NCBI GenBank assembly: GCA_963740315.1
Contig: CAVUDP010000001.1
Location: forward strand, 288,001-352,000
Reading direction: 5' to 3'
DNA length: 64,000 bases
From: an uncultured cyanobacterium
GTDB lineage: Bacteria; Cyanobacteriota; Cyanobacteriia; Cyanobacteriales; Nostocaceae
This document shows, piece by piece, positions 9,901 to 20,483 of this stretch. Position numbers and translations under genes: made by a program. A model generated the notes under the pieces. The model did no database searches, was not told the DNA's origin, and was given only the letters and a program-made list of their open reading frames with translations. The stretch's first letter is position 1. The number at the start of each line of letters is the position of its first letter.

Positions 9901-10157
9901 TCTTCAATCTCAGCATCTTCCAATTCCTGCTGCACCAACAAGAAAAACTCCTTCAAAGCCTTACCCGCAGCAATATCAATATCTTGCTTCTGCAAACGTT
10001 TCAATGCATTACCGGGAATACCCTTAAATAAATCCTTAGTCCAATCCTTCGCTGCATCTTTTGCAACAGCCGCTAAATCTTTGGATAATTCTGCCAAAAT
10101 CGGCTTGAAAACAAATCCCGCAGCCTGTGCTACTCCCCAAACTACCAACAAATCCAT
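6972..10157 (-). CDS. NACHT NTPase with C-terminal HEAT-like repeats (NLR-like)
   Basis: GNPGSGKS Walker A, FDGLDE Walker B, VTSR, NPLLLTM; repeated ALQELVxGWKNDPDTLPMLK. Confidence 0.9.
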   Translation of the reverse strand: MDLLVVWGVAQAAGFVFKPILAELSKDLAAVAKDAAKDWTKDLFKGIPGNALKRLQKQDIDIAAGKALKEFFLLVQQELEDAEIEDEELKQFVKPFKTFIHNKDVKEILGSAFKYECETLDTKTLESKWYELDLSALPNEFDWKKLGLRYLKKVKAIIRDSDKLRVIFDSQNLEAIKDNTQATAGIIPDFDLLGYQEGIKERYGKLKLESLDTSGYAYNQLKLWGMFIVQNVREVNEVLPIHELPKEYLKRLQQSQQAKSRFKRIYEEQPIRSVLEIINEKQTYKYTVILGNPGSGKSTLLQYLALNWAESPLSNTISQPIPLLIELRTYMRRRDDKECNNFLEFFHKCSGAVHHLNQHQLHTQLKTGNVLVMFDGLDEVFDTGKREDVITDIHRFTNEYPDVQVIVTSRLIGYKAQRLRDAEFKHFMLQDLETEQIQDFIDRWHELTFNDEADKVRKKERLQKGIENSKAIRELAGNPLLLTMMAILNRNQELPRDRAELYNQASRVLLHQWDVERALVEDKRLDPKTIDYKDKQAMLRQVAYFMQTSEKGKNGNLIKESDLERILKDYLKTIEVDKPREAARLMINQLRSRNFMLCYLGADYYAFVHRTFLEYFCAWEFVWQFKETQTLSIDRLKSEVFGKHWWDGDWHEILTLIAGMIDAKFVGEIIEFLIEQDGIGDDFINMGVANECFKQVKNPSNLNSIVHSLFKFIFESINDIIQEYNGIAFDFDKICIKLISWITTDFKTHPKTLPSLKKLIDTTTFEVNRLNNLTDDSDYFDDDNVVRVDQIETIQKVALKELVQGWKDDPNTLLMLKNLVFSDANNHLRAIALQELVKGWKNDPDTLPMLKNLVFSDANYHLRTIALQELVKGWKNDPDTLPMLKNLVYYGANYHLKTIALQELVQGWKNDPDTLPMLKKLLLFNNNDIDKTVVIKELASNWKDDQNILSVLIECCQLENDDLIKDYLRETLMQELIQSWQLTLDIYNFIYDIAANNSFELFFSFIRNPNCNPRQTALQAILENYPNYPKTLPLLRDRAENDPDEQLREFAQKKLQEWNKK
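7399..7770 (-). repeat. Intragenic 102-bp (34-aa) tandem repeat, ~3.6 units
   Basis: Unit starts at 7399, 7501, 7603 and 7705. Confidence 0.9.
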
Positions 10158-10707
10158 CGCTTACACTTGTTAACTTTTTGCTCAAAGTATAGCGAATTTA
10201 CTCAGTAATTTTTCTACGTTCAATATCGCAAGTGTCATCATTGCCATAACAAGCCAAGAGTAGTGCATGACGCTACAACGATCGCTACACACCCGCTCAA
10301 GAAAGTTCCTCCTGAGTGCGATCGCAATACGCGGTATACTTATTTGAGAATCTTTTGCAATTGTTGGGATTCCATTTCTTGTAAAGCTCCGCTGGTATGC
10401 TTATGTCAAACTGATTTTCTGTAAATAAAGGGGAAGTATCCAATCTGTTAAAACGTTGTTTAACCGAAGTGGGAATCTGAGTCAATTGTTAAGCCTAATT
10501 AAGCAAAAGTAAGGAAACCGGGATTTACCACCGAAGCTTAAAGATGCGATCGCGCAATATACTTTTGACTAAACTATTGATAGGCATAGCTTAAATCTCG
10601 AAGAATTGTACCCACGATATATCTCCCTAGTATTAACTTATGTATTTAATGAAGATATATTGTTAACATTAGTAAAAAAGCTGAAAAATTTGGGGACTAA
10701 TACTGCT

Positions 10708-11871
10708 ATGGGTCGTGTAGGCGTTTTATTACTTAATCTTGGTGGACCGGATAAACTTGAGGATGTCCAGCCGTTCCTTTACAATCTGTTTTCCGATCCG
10801 GAAATAATTCGTCTACCTTTTAGTTGGCTGCAAAAACCTTTAGCCTGGTTTATTTCGACGCGACGAAGCAAAACGTCTCAAGAAAACTACCGTAAAATTG
10901 GTGGTGGTTCTCCGTTGCGACAAATTACCGAAGCTCAAGGAGATGCTTTAAAGAAGCAGTTGGCTGAAGTTGGAGAAGAAGCAAAAATTTATGTGGGAAT
11001 GCGCTACTGGCATCCTTACACCGAGGAGGCGATCGCACAAATAATTAATGATGGTATTGATAAATTAGTAATTTTACCTCTTTATCCTCAGTTTTCTATT
11101 AGTACCAGCGGTTCTAGCTATCGGCTTCTTGAACAAATTTGGCGAGAAAATCCTAAACTACAAAAAATTGAATATTCTGTAATTGCTTCTTGGTACAAGC
11201 AACCCGGTTATCTGCAAGCTATGGCAGAATTAATCGCCCAGGAGTTAGATCAGTTACCGAATCCCGACGAAGCCCATATCTTCTTTAGCGCACATGGAGT
11301 TCCCAAAAGCTATGTAGAAGAAGCTGGAGATCCTTATCAGCAGGAAATTGAGGAATGCACCCATTTAATTATGCAAACTCTCAATCGTTCTAACCCCCAT
11401 ACTTTAGCTTATCAAAGTCGTGTAGGTCCGGTGGAATGGCTGCAACCATATACTGAAGAAGCGATCGAAGATTTAGCACGTAAAGGCGTTAAAAATTTAG
11501 TAGTTGTACCTGTCAGTTTCGTTTCCGAGCATATTGAGACGTTAGAAGAAATTGACATTGAGTATCGGGAAATTGCAGAAGAAGCAGGAATTGAGAACTT
11601 CCGCAGGGTACCAGCACTTAACGTACATCCAGTATTTATCGAAGCTTTAGCAGATTTGACACTTGATGCATTGAAATCTCCAAGTATTTCATTCGCACGA
11701 GTCAACCAGATGAAGAAAAAAGTCAAAATGTATCCTCAAGAAAGTTGGGAATGGGGCATTACCACTTCCGCAGAAATTTGGAACGGAAGAGTAGCCATGC
11801 TTGGTTTCCTAGCTTTGATGATTGAAATACTCACCGGGCATGGTTTATTTCACGCCGTAGGGCTTTTGTAA
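10708..11871 (+). CDS. hemH: Ferrochelatase with C-terminal CAB/HLIP domain
   Basis: [33 protein letters not shown]-terminal [13 protein letters not shown]. Confidence 0.97.
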   Translation: MGRVGVLLLNLGGPDKLEDVQPFLYNLFSDPEIIRLPFSWLQKPLAWFISTRRSKTSQENYRKIGGGSPLRQITEAQGDALKKQLAEVGEEAKIYVGMRYWHPYTEEAIAQIINDGIDKLVILPLYPQFSISTSGSSYRLLEQIWRENPKLQKIEYSVIASWYKQPGYLQAMAELIAQELDQLPNPDEAHIFFSAHGVPKSYVEEAGDPYQQEIEECTHLIMQTLNRSNPHTLAYQSRVGPVEWLQPYTEEAIEDLARKGVKNLVVVPVSFVSEHIETLEEIDIEYREIAEEAGIENFRRVPALNVHPVFIEALADLTLDALKSPSISFARVNQMKKKVKMYPQESWEWGITTSAEIWNGRVAMLGFLALMIEILTGHGLFHAVGLL

Positions 11872-12164
11872 TCAGTTATCAATTATCAATTAACAGAAAT
11901 TAGTGGGGTGGGTATTATTATTTGCTTGCTCTGCTTTTTTTTGCAAAAAAAATCGGTAGAACTTTAGGAAGTCTTACCGATTTGAATAATAAAGAGAAGG
12001 TTTTTAAAAGAGAAATCAAGTTAGTTAAATTTGCTGTTTCGTATAGTTTGTGTTTTATCTTTGTTTTCTATATATCAGTGATAACCCATAAATTATCGCA
12101 ACTGCAAGGGTAAATACGTACTTTAATAAAAGCTTCATTAAAAGTTAAAGAAAGGTCATAGTAT

Positions 12165-12272
12165 AGAGGGGGAAGAGGGGGAAGAGGGGGTAGAGGGGGG
12201 AGAGGGGGTAGATAATTTTTTACTAACTCCTCACTCCTAACTCCTAACTCTTAACTATTCCCAATGCCCAAT
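12165..12272. repeat. Short tandem repeat (STRR-like) tract
   Basis: (AGAGGGGGA)n and (CTCCTAA)n units. Confidence 0.7.
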
Positions 12273-12275
12273 TTA

Positions 12276-13571
12276 TTAAATTCCCAACCGTTGATAAATC
12301 TCATCTAAATGCTGTAGATGGTTTTGGGGGTTGAAACAAGCTTCGATTTCTGGGGATGATAATTTTTCTGTGATGCGGGTGTCTTTAGAAATTAAGTTGC
12401 GGAAGTCTCCGTTTTCTTTGTTCCATGCTGTATGAGCGCTTTCTTGAACTATTTGATAAGCTTCTTCGCGGTTCATTCCTTTGTCGATTAAGGCTAAGAG
12501 TACTTTTTGACTGAATACTACGCCGCCGTAACAGTTCATGTTTTTCGCCATGTTTTCGGGATATACCAACAGGTTTTTTACTAAGTTGGTTGCTTCCCTT
12601 AACATAAAATGTGTCAAAATGCAAGAGTCGGGTAAAATTACTCTTTCTACGGAACTGTGAGAAATATCTCTTTCGTGCCACAATGCGACGTTTTCTAAGG
12701 CTGCGACGGCGTTTGAGCGTATAATTCGCGCCATTCCGGTTAATCTTTCCGAACGGATGGGGTTGCGTTTGTGGGGCATTGCCGAAGATCCTTTTTGTCC
12801 TTTGGAAAAGTATTCTTCTACTTCGAGGACATCTGTTCTTTGTAAGTTGCGGATTTCAACGGCGATACGTTCGAGGGTTGCTGTAAGTAGAGCCAGTTGT
12901 TGGAGAAAATCGGCATGGCGATCGCGAGAAATAACTTGAGTGGATGCGGTGTCTGGTTGGAGTCCGAGTTTTTGGCAAGCGAGGGCTTCTATGCGGGGTT
13001 CGATGTTGGCGTAAGTTCCTACCGCACCGGATATTTTTCCGACGGCTATGGTTTGGCGCAAGGTTTGCAAGCGCTGCTGGTTGCGTAAAACTTCTGCTAA
13101 CCATCCAGCAAGTTTGAAACCAAAGGTTATGGGTTCGGCATGAATACCGTGGGAACGTCCGATCATTACGGTGTAGCGATGTTCGCGGGCTTTTTCGCGA
13201 ATAACTGTAATTAATTCTTCCTGCTTTTGTACGATTAAATCTAAGCTTGCGAGCATTTGCAGCGCTAAAGCGGTATCCAGCACGTCACTACTTGTCATTC
13301 CCAAATGGATGTAACGTCCGGAATCGCCTACATACTCGTTAACATTAGTTAGGAAAGCAATTACATCGTGACGGACTTCTGCTTCAATTTCCAGCACCCG
13401 CTTAACATCAAAATTTGCCTTGGCTTTAATTTCCCGTACAGCTTCGGCAGGTATATAACCCAAATCGGCTTGTGCTTCGCAAACAGCAATTTCCACTTGC
13501 AGCCAGGTTTGAAACCTGTAAGAATCAGTCCAAATATTGCCCATTTCAGGCAGAGTATAACGCTCGATCAC
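12276..13571 (-). CDS. purB: Adenylosuccinate lyase
   Basis: GTG start (MIERYTLPEM); GSSAMPHKRNP signature. Confidence 0.97.
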   Translation of the reverse strand: MIERYTLPEMGNIWTDSYRFQTWLQVEIAVCEAQADLGYIPAEAVREIKAKANFDVKRVLEIEAEVRHDVIAFLTNVNEYVGDSGRYIHLGMTSSDVLDTALALQMLASLDLIVQKQEELITVIREKAREHRYTVMIGRSHGIHAEPITFGFKLAGWLAEVLRNQQRLQTLRQTIAVGKISGAVGTYANIEPRIEALACQKLGLQPDTASTQVISRDRHADFLQQLALLTATLERIAVEIRNLQRTDVLEVEEYFSKGQKGSSAMPHKRNPIRSERLTGMARIIRSNAVAALENVALWHERDISHSSVERVILPDSCILTHFMLREATNLVKNLLVYPENMAKNMNCYGGVVFSQKVLLALIDKGMNREEAYQIVQESAHTAWNKENGDFRNLISKDTRITEKLSSPEIEACFNPQNHLQHLDEIYQRLGI

Positions 13572-13712
13572 TTCCGCCACCGCATACAACTGTCTCATTG
13601 TACAAGTTGGTGTTGCGATTTTGGAAATTGGGGTAGAGCGATCGCGGCTATTGCACTGCAACCTCTCGACATTGCTATGATTAATACTGCTATAGTTATC
13701 GGTTAAATATTT

Positions 13713-15818
13713 GTGGTAGAACTACAAGCGTTTGCGGTAGGCAGTATTTTAATTATAATCGCGATGTTTTGCTGGAATATTTATCTGTCAAAACGTCTTC
13801 AATATGTTGCTCAAATAAACCATAGCTACTATCACATTTTTAATCACAGTTCTCAAAATATATTTATCATTAAACCCAATGGTAATTTATTAGAAATTAA
13901 CGATTCGGCGCTGAAATTTTATAATTTCAAAAAAGAAGATATTCGCGGTAAACCTTTGTGGGAAGTGTTTTCGCAAGTTATTAATTTTGGGCATCAACAA
14001 TTACAAGATGCTGTTACTCAAGCTGCTCTCGGTAAGTCAGTCGAGCTTAATATTGAATTATTACAGGCAAAAGATACGGTTATTACCAGTGAATTCTTAT
14101 TTACTCCCGTAACTGACCAAAAAGGGAAAATATCGGTGATAGTAGCTGAAATTAATCAAAAAAATCAAGTCGAACTAACGAAATTTGAATTACAAAAGCA
14201 ATTACTCCAAACTTGTTTTGATGATGCTTCCATTGGTTTAGCCATTGTTGACGATCGATGGCGACACGTAGTAATAAATAAAACTTTAGCGGATATTAAC
14301 GGGAAGTTACCACAAGAACAAATAGGTAAAAGTATTCGTGAAACTCTACCCGAATTAGCCCCTAGATTAGAATCGATTTATCAACAAGTTACAACTACAG
14401 GTGAACCTATACGGGGAATTGAAATTACTGGAGAAACCCCCAAGGAACCAGGTACTATTAGAAACTGGGAAGCTTCTTATTTTCCTTTGCCAATTACTAA
14501 TGATAGAAATGCCATTGGCTGTATAGTACTAGAAATTACCAAACGTAAAAAAGCTGAAAAATCTCTTACGAATCGACTTAATCAACAAGCGGTTGTTACA
14601 CAATTAGGACAACTTGCTTTATCCGGAATCGAATTATCAACTTTGTTCGAGCAAACAACTCTTTTAGTCGCTCAAAGTCTTAATGTTGATGCTTGCAAAA
14701 TTCTCAAATTGCTTCCGGAGGATAATATTTTACTATTAATTTCTGGTGCAGGTTGTGAAGAAGACTCGATCGGAAACGCTACAGTAGAAATCAATTTCCA
14801 ATCCCAAGCTGGTTTTGCTTTATTATCTGGTGAACCTGTTATATTAGGCAACCTTGAAGAAGAAACTCGTTTTACAGGTTCTTATTTACTACATCAAAAT
14901 CAATATGTTAGCGGTGTCAGTACGATTATTCCAGGAAAAGAAAACCAACCCTTTGGGGTATTAGAAGCACATTCCATCGTAGAACATCAATTTAGTCAAG
15001 ATGATGCGAACTTTCTACAATCAGTTGCCAATGTCTTATCAAATGCAATTATTCGCAAACAATCAGAAGATGAAAACCGCGAGCTTAACGCTACCTTAGA
15101 AGCACGAGTCAAACAGCGTACCGAACAATTAGAAGAAGTAAACCAGGAATTAGAAGCGTTTTGCTATTCAGTTTCTCACGATTTACGCGCACCGTTACGC
15201 GCTATTCAAGGTTTTGCTCAAGTTTTGATGGAAGATTATGAAAGTTTATTCGACGATATCGGACAAGAATATTTGAATCGCATCATAGCAGCAGCAGCGC
15301 ATTTAGATACTTTAATTTTAGATTTATTAGCATATAGTCGTTTGGGAAGAACTCAAATCCAGTTAAATCAAGTTAATTTAGCAATTGTAATTAAAGGAAT
15401 ACTTAGCGAACTTGAATCTGAATTACAAGAAAACCAAGCAGAAGTTATGATTAAAACAGCGCTTCCTATTGTCAGAAGCCAGCAAACTATTTTAAAATCA
15501 GTAATTACCAATTTGATCACTAACGGTATCAAGTTTGTTCATCCCAACGTGCATCCAGTTGTACAAATTTGGACGGAACAACGCGGTGAATATATCAGAT
15601 TATGGGTAGAAGATAATGGTATTGGTATTGCTCCGGAACACCAAGAACGAATTTTTCAAGTTTTCGAGCGGTTACATGGAATTGAATCCTACTTCGGTAC
15701 GGGTATTGGTTTAGCAATTGTTAAACGTGGTGTAGAGAGTTTAGGTGGCAAAGTTGGGCTTTCTTCTAGTCTTAACCAAGGTAGCCGTTTTTGGATTGAA
15801 TTACCGAAGCTTGGTTAA
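13713..15818 (+). CDS. PAS-PAS-GAF sensor histidine kinase with an N-terminal TM helix
   Basis: SVSHDLRAPLR H-box; NLITNGIKF, DNGIGI, GTGIGL. Confidence 0.92.
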   Translation: MVELQAFAVGSILIIIAMFCWNIYLSKRLQYVAQINHSYYHIFNHSSQNIFIIKPNGNLLEINDSALKFYNFKKEDIRGKPLWEVFSQVINFGHQQLQDAVTQAALGKSVELNIELLQAKDTVITSEFLFTPVTDQKGKISVIVAEINQKNQVELTKFELQKQLLQTCFDDASIGLAIVDDRWRHVVINKTLADINGKLPQEQIGKSIRETLPELAPRLESIYQQVTTTGEPIRGIEITGETPKEPGTIRNWEASYFPLPITNDRNAIGCIVLEITKRKKAEKSLTNRLNQQAVVTQLGQLALSGIELSTLFEQTTLLVAQSLNVDACKILKLLPEDNILLLISGAGCEEDSIGNATVEINFQSQAGFALLSGEPVILGNLEEETRFTGSYLLHQNQYVSGVSTIIPGKENQPFGVLEAHSIVEHQFSQDDANFLQSVANVLSNAIIRKQSEDENRELNATLEARVKQRTEQLEEVNQELEAFCYSVSHDLRAPLRAIQGFAQVLMEDYESLFDDIGQEYLNRIIAAAAHLDTLILDLLAYSRLGRTQIQLNQVNLAIVIKGILSELESELQENQAEVMIKTALPIVRSQQTILKSVITNLITNGIKFVHPNVHPVVQIWTEQRGEYIRLWVEDNGIGIAPEHQERIFQVFERLHGIESYFGTGIGLAIVKRGVESLGGKVGLSSSLNQGSRFWIELPKLG

Positions 15819-15992
15819 CAGTTAAGAATTGAAAGCTGATATACCTATTAATTGCTTTTTAACAACATATGTAAACTTTCAAAACAACTTATTTAAGTCC
15901 CGTTAATAAAATATAAAAAAATCAGCCTTTAGTATAGTATGGGTTGGGGGGATGATTGATTTAAGATTGGCAAAACGAAAATATTGAGTAAT

Positions 15993-16448
15993 ATGATGGG
16001 TCTAAAAGAGTCCGGAATTCTGTTGGTAGAAGACGATTCTAACGATATCCTGTTTATACAGCGGGCTTTTCGTCGCAGTAAGTTAGAGAATCCCATACAG
16101 GTTGTGCGCGATGGAGATGAAGCTGTTGCATATCTTGCGGGCAACGGGGATTATGCGGATAGAAATCTTTATCCTTTACCCGGTATGATTCTTTTAGACC
16201 TCAAACTTCCGCGTCGTTCGGGTTTAGAAGTTCTGGAATGGCTGAGACAGCAACCTATAATTAAACGCATCCCGGTTGTAATATTAACTTCTTCTAAAGA
16301 AAATATAGACGTAGATAGAGCTTACGATATAGGGGTTAATTCATATCTATTAAAACCAGTTAACCATAATGCTTTAAATGAAATGATTGAGGCGCTCAAT
16401 GCTTTCTGGTTGCGCTTAAATTGCTATCCTTCTATCGCGCCTTCGTAG
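15993..16448 (+). CDS. Single-domain response regulator (Rcp1-like)
   Basis: ILLVEDD, LLDLKLP, SYLLKP. Confidence 0.92.
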   Translation: MMGLKESGILLVEDDSNDILFIQRAFRRSKLENPIQVVRDGDEAVAYLAGNGDYADRNLYPLPGMILLDLKLPRRSGLEVLEWLRQQPIIKRIPVVILTSSKENIDVDRAYDIGVNSYLLKPVNHNALNEMIEALNAFWLRLNCYPSIAPS

Positions 16449-16739
16449 TATAATTTTATTTAATTATTCATTATAATTTGACTTTTATTTTTTTGTCTTA
16501 TAGAACACGAAAAAAGAAACTATTTAAAATTTTCAGATATACGATTTAATAATTAGTAATTGGTAATTATTAACTATGAATTATATTTAAATGGTTTTTA
16601 TTTATTCCGGAAGACGCTATATTGTGTCTGTACATTATCTAAAATAAAACGAGTTTGATGATTAATTTATTACCGAATTGATGCAATCAAGGCTGCATTA
16701 TTAGTAAGGTAAGTTGTAGAGTTTGTATGGCGTTAATGT

Positions 16740-18224
16740 ATGAGTCAGGCTCGACCATTACAAAATGTTGTAATTATTGATGATAACCCAGACGATCGCC
16801 TTTTAGCTATTCGAGAACTTGGAAAAGAGTTTTCTGACTTGCATATAATAGAAATTATTGATGCCTCGGAGTTAGCATCTGTATTAGAAGCAGATAATTA
16901 CGATTTTGTGATTACAGATTATCAATTGAAGTGGACAAATGGACTTGATATTTTGGGTGCTTTTAAATATCGTCGTCCAGATGTTCCAGTAATCATGTTT
17001 ACGAATTCCGGTACTCAGGAAGTTGCGGTTACAGCAATGAAAGCGGGATTAGATGATTATGTAATTAAATCACCCAAGCATTTTGTACGTTTAAGTCAAT
17101 CTGTACGTTTAGCTTGGAATAATGCTCAAACTCGCGCTCGATTAGCTCAGACAAATTTACGTTTGCAATTTTTACTCAATCAACTGAATGTAGGAGTATT
17201 TCGGGCTACTTTAGATGGGGAACTGATTGAATGTAGCGATGGTTTTTTGCATCTTTTGGGTTTAAATACTCCGGAAGAAGCACGAATATTTTTTCGCACT
17301 TATCCAAAGTTGAATTTAGCTAATTCTCCTGGAAAACCACCTTGGGAGAAAGAAGTTAAATTATTGCTCGATGGAAAGACTACTTGGTTAATGTTGAGCG
17401 AGACTCTTACCGAGTTAGATGGTGAAACTGCGATCGATGGTTTGCTGATAGATATTACCGAACGTAAATCCAGTGAAGCTGCAATTCAACAACTTAATCA
17501 AACTCTCGAACAACGAGTTTTGCAACGTACCGCTCAATTAGAAGCAACCAACAAAGAGCTAGAAACCTTTGCTTATTCAGTATCTCATGATTTGCGATCG
17601 CCAATTCGTCAGGTTTACAGTTTTGCGGAATTATTACAACAGTCGCTGCCGTTTATTAACCTTTCCGAAGAAATTAGTAATTACTTAGGAATGATTCTGA
17701 AACTTACCAAACGAGCCGGTAAGATGATCGATGATTTACTCGAATTTTCCAGTACCGGAAGATTTGAAATGTTCTACTCCACCATCGATATGAATAGTTT
17801 AGTGCAAGAAGTTAAACAGCAGATAATCTCGCAAACCAAAGGTAGGACAATTATTTGGGATATTGAATCGCTGCCGCAAATAAAAGGCGATCGCACTTTA
17901 ATCAGAATAGTTTGGCAAAACTTAATTGAAAACGCTGTAAAATACACTGGTAACAAAAATATTGCAGAAATTAATATTGGTAGCATCACTAACTCATCAG
18001 AAATAACTTTTTTTATCAAAGATAACGGAGTCGGGTTTGATATGCGCTACGTCGAAAGAATCTTTGGCATTTTTCAAAGATTGCATACCAGCGAAGAGTT
18101 TGAAGGAACCGGAATTGGACTTGCTAACGTACAGCGAATCATCCACCGTCATCAAGGAAGAATTTGGGCAGAATCAACAGTAGATGAAGGAACAAAATTT
18201 TATTTCTCACTACCTAACAGTTAG
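16740..18224 (+). CDS. Hybrid receiver-PAS-histidine kinase
   Basis: N-terminal IIDD/ITDY receiver; SVSHDLRSP; GTGIGL. Confidence 0.92.
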   Translation: MSQARPLQNVVIIDDNPDDRLLAIRELGKEFSDLHIIEIIDASELASVLEADNYDFVITDYQLKWTNGLDILGAFKYRRPDVPVIMFTNSGTQEVAVTAMKAGLDDYVIKSPKHFVRLSQSVRLAWNNAQTRARLAQTNLRLQFLLNQLNVGVFRATLDGELIECSDGFLHLLGLNTPEEARIFFRTYPKLNLANSPGKPPWEKEVKLLLDGKTTWLMLSETLTELDGETAIDGLLIDITERKSSEAAIQQLNQTLEQRVLQRTAQLEATNKELETFAYSVSHDLRSPIRQVYSFAELLQQSLPFINLSEEISNYLGMILKLTKRAGKMIDDLLEFSSTGRFEMFYSTIDMNSLVQEVKQQIISQTKGRTIIWDIESLPQIKGDRTLIRIVWQNLIENAVKYTGNKNIAEINIGSITNSSEITFFIKDNGVGFDMRYVERIFGIFQRLHTSEEFEGTGIGLANVQRIIHRHQGRIWAESTVDEGTKFYFSLPNS

Positions 18225-18252
18225 TGGTTAGTTTTTAGTGGTAAATAATTAT

Positions 18253-18317
18253 CCCTCCCCATCTCCCCATCTCCCCATCTCCCCATCTCCCCCTCTCCCC
18301 ATCTTCCCCCCTCTCCC
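18253..18317. repeat. (CTCCCCAT)n short tandem repeat
   Basis: Direct 8-nt units. Confidence 0.8.
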
Positions 18318-18488
18318 AAACTTATATCTAAAGAAATATAAACAAGTTGTTCTGGAGATAGACGATCAAAAACACATACTTTAGTATTGTTCTGTTGAGG
18401 TCTATGTATCTAAATTAGTTACCAACCATTCTTGGAGGTACCGATTCTGCTATTAAACACTTTATCCAACAATCGGCTTTCTCAAACA

Positions 18489-20441
18489 ATGCTGTATATC
18501 TTGTTGTTAGAAGATGACTCAGCAGATAGCGAGTTAATTCGCGCTATCCTGAAAAAGGGTGGTATAAATTGCGAGTTTAAGCGCGTTACAACTCGTAAAG
18601 ATTTTGTGGCAGAATTGCAAAACGATAATTTAGATTTAATTTTATCTGACTATGCACTCCCGCAATTTGATGGAATTTCGGCTTTAAAGATAGCTACACA
18701 AACTTGTCCTAATGTACCTTTTATATTAGTTTCTGGAGTATTAGGAGAAGAAAGAGCCATAGAAGCGCTCAAAGAGGGAGCAACGGATTATGTTCTCAAA
18801 CAACGTTTGGAGCGATTGCTTCCTTCGGTACAGCGAGCGCTGCGCGAAAGTCAGGAACGTAAAGAACTCCATCGTGCGGAAGAATCTTTGCGTCAAACAG
18901 ATGATATGCTGCGAGCGGTAGTTGACGCTTCTCCGGTGGCAATTATTACTTTGAGCTTGGATTATCAAGTTTTAACTTGGAACAAGACAGCCGAGCAAAT
19001 TTACGGTTGGCAAAGGTTAGAAATTCTACATCAACCGCTACCAGTTATTCCTGAAGGTTATAAAAATGTCTTTGCAGCTTGTGTAGAAAGAGTATTGCAA
19101 AACCAGACTTTAAAAAATTTGGAATTTCGTCATCTGAGAAAAAATGGTTCTGAAGTAGATATAAATGTTTCTTTAGCACCCATACACGATAGTAAGGGAG
19201 ATAGCAGTTGTTTTATAATGACTGCGGTTGATATTACTTTAAGCAAACAAGTAGAAGCAGAACGTAGGGTTTTACTACAGCGAGAGCAAAAAGCTCGTGC
19301 GGAAGCTGAAGAAGCGAGCCGTATCAAAGATGAATTTCTAGCAATAGTTTCTCATGAATTGCGAACTCCACTTAATGCAATTTTGGGATGGACTAAACTG
19401 ATTAGTAGTGGCAAAATTAAACCAGATAGATTCAAGCAAGCTTTAGAAGTTATCGAGCGCAATGCAACTTTACAAGCGCAATTAATCGAAGATTTGCTTG
19501 ATATTTCGGGGATAATTCGCGGTAAACTCCATTTAGAATTAAATTCGGTTAATTTAGCTAACGTAATTAGAGAAACTGTAGAAACTTTAGGTTTAGCAGC
19601 AGAAGCCAAATCTATTAACGTACAGGTTAACTTAGATAGTAACGTCAAAAATATAGTTGGAGATTCCAATCGTATTTCTCAAATATTGTGGAATTTGCTT
19701 TCTAACGCAATTAAATTCACACATAATGGGGGAAGCGTCGAAATCTACTTAGGTGAAATAAATTCAACCGCCCAAATTCAAGTCAGCGATACGGGTATTG
19801 GTATAAGTGCGGATTTTCTCCCTTGGGTTTTTGAATATTTTCGTCAAGAAGATGGTTCTAAAACTCGTTGCAAAGGTGGTTTGGGTTTGGGTTTAGCAAT
19901 TACCCGTCATTTAGTAGAAGCCCACGGTGGTACGATAGTAGCAGAAAGTCTTGGAGAACAACAAGGGGCAACTTTTACAGTAAAATTCCCGATAAAATCT
20001 AGTGATGTAAAGTCAGAACCGTTACCAAAATCGGAAGATAGCGACAAGCAACTTTGTGGAATCAAAATATTAATTGTAGATGACGAACCTGATGCTCGTG
20101 AATTACTAGCTTTTATTTTAGAAGAGCAAAGTGCTGAAATTAAATTAGTTGCTTCTGCTGCTGAAGCTTTAAATAAATTTGGTTCTTTTCAACCGGATAT
20201 TATCATCAGCGACATTGGAATGCCCGGTGAAAATGGATATAGTATGTTAAATAAAATACGGCAACTTGCTTCTAATCAAGGTGGTTGCGTTCCTGCGATC
20301 GCGCTTACGGCATTCGCAACCCAAGAAGATACTCAAAAAGCAAAAGAAGCTGGTTTTCAAATGCATTTAACAAAGCCTTTTGATGCCGATGAATTGATTA
20401 ATGCAGTATATGATTTAACAAAAGTAACAGATAATAATTAG
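18489..20441 (+). CDS. Hybrid receiver-PAS-kinase-receiver protein
   Basis: LLLEDD; SHELRTPL; GGLGLGL; C-terminal IVDDE...SDIGMP...KP. Confidence 0.92.
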   Translation: MLYILLLEDDSADSELIRAILKKGGINCEFKRVTTRKDFVAELQNDNLDLILSDYALPQFDGISALKIATQTCPNVPFILVSGVLGEERAIEALKEGATDYVLKQRLERLLPSVQRALRESQERKELHRAEESLRQTDDMLRAVVDASPVAIITLSLDYQVLTWNKTAEQIYGWQRLEILHQPLPVIPEGYKNVFAACVERVLQNQTLKNLEFRHLRKNGSEVDINVSLAPIHDSKGDSSCFIMTAVDITLSKQVEAERRVLLQREQKARAEAEEASRIKDEFLAIVSHELRTPLNAILGWTKLISSGKIKPDRFKQALEVIERNATLQAQLIEDLLDISGIIRGKLHLELNSVNLANVIRETVETLGLAAEAKSINVQVNLDSNVKNIVGDSNRISQILWNLLSNAIKFTHNGGSVEIYLGEINSTAQIQVSDTGIGISADFLPWVFEYFRQEDGSKTRCKGGLGLGLAITRHLVEAHGGTIVAESLGEQQGATFTVKFPIKSSDVKSEPLPKSEDSDKQLCGIKILIVDDEPDARELLAFILEEQSAEIKLVASAAEALNKFGSFQPDIIISDIGMPGENGYSMLNKIRQLASNQGGCVPAIALTAFATQEDTQKAKEAGFQMHLTKPFDADELINAVYDLTKVTDNN

Positions 20442-20483
20442 TATTTCCGATGAATCTCTATTTCCTATTACTTATAAAACAAA

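Noticed and set aside
10297..10485. 62-aa ORF upstream of hemH
   Set aside because: TTG start, no motif and no clear SD; cannot be supported without homology evidence
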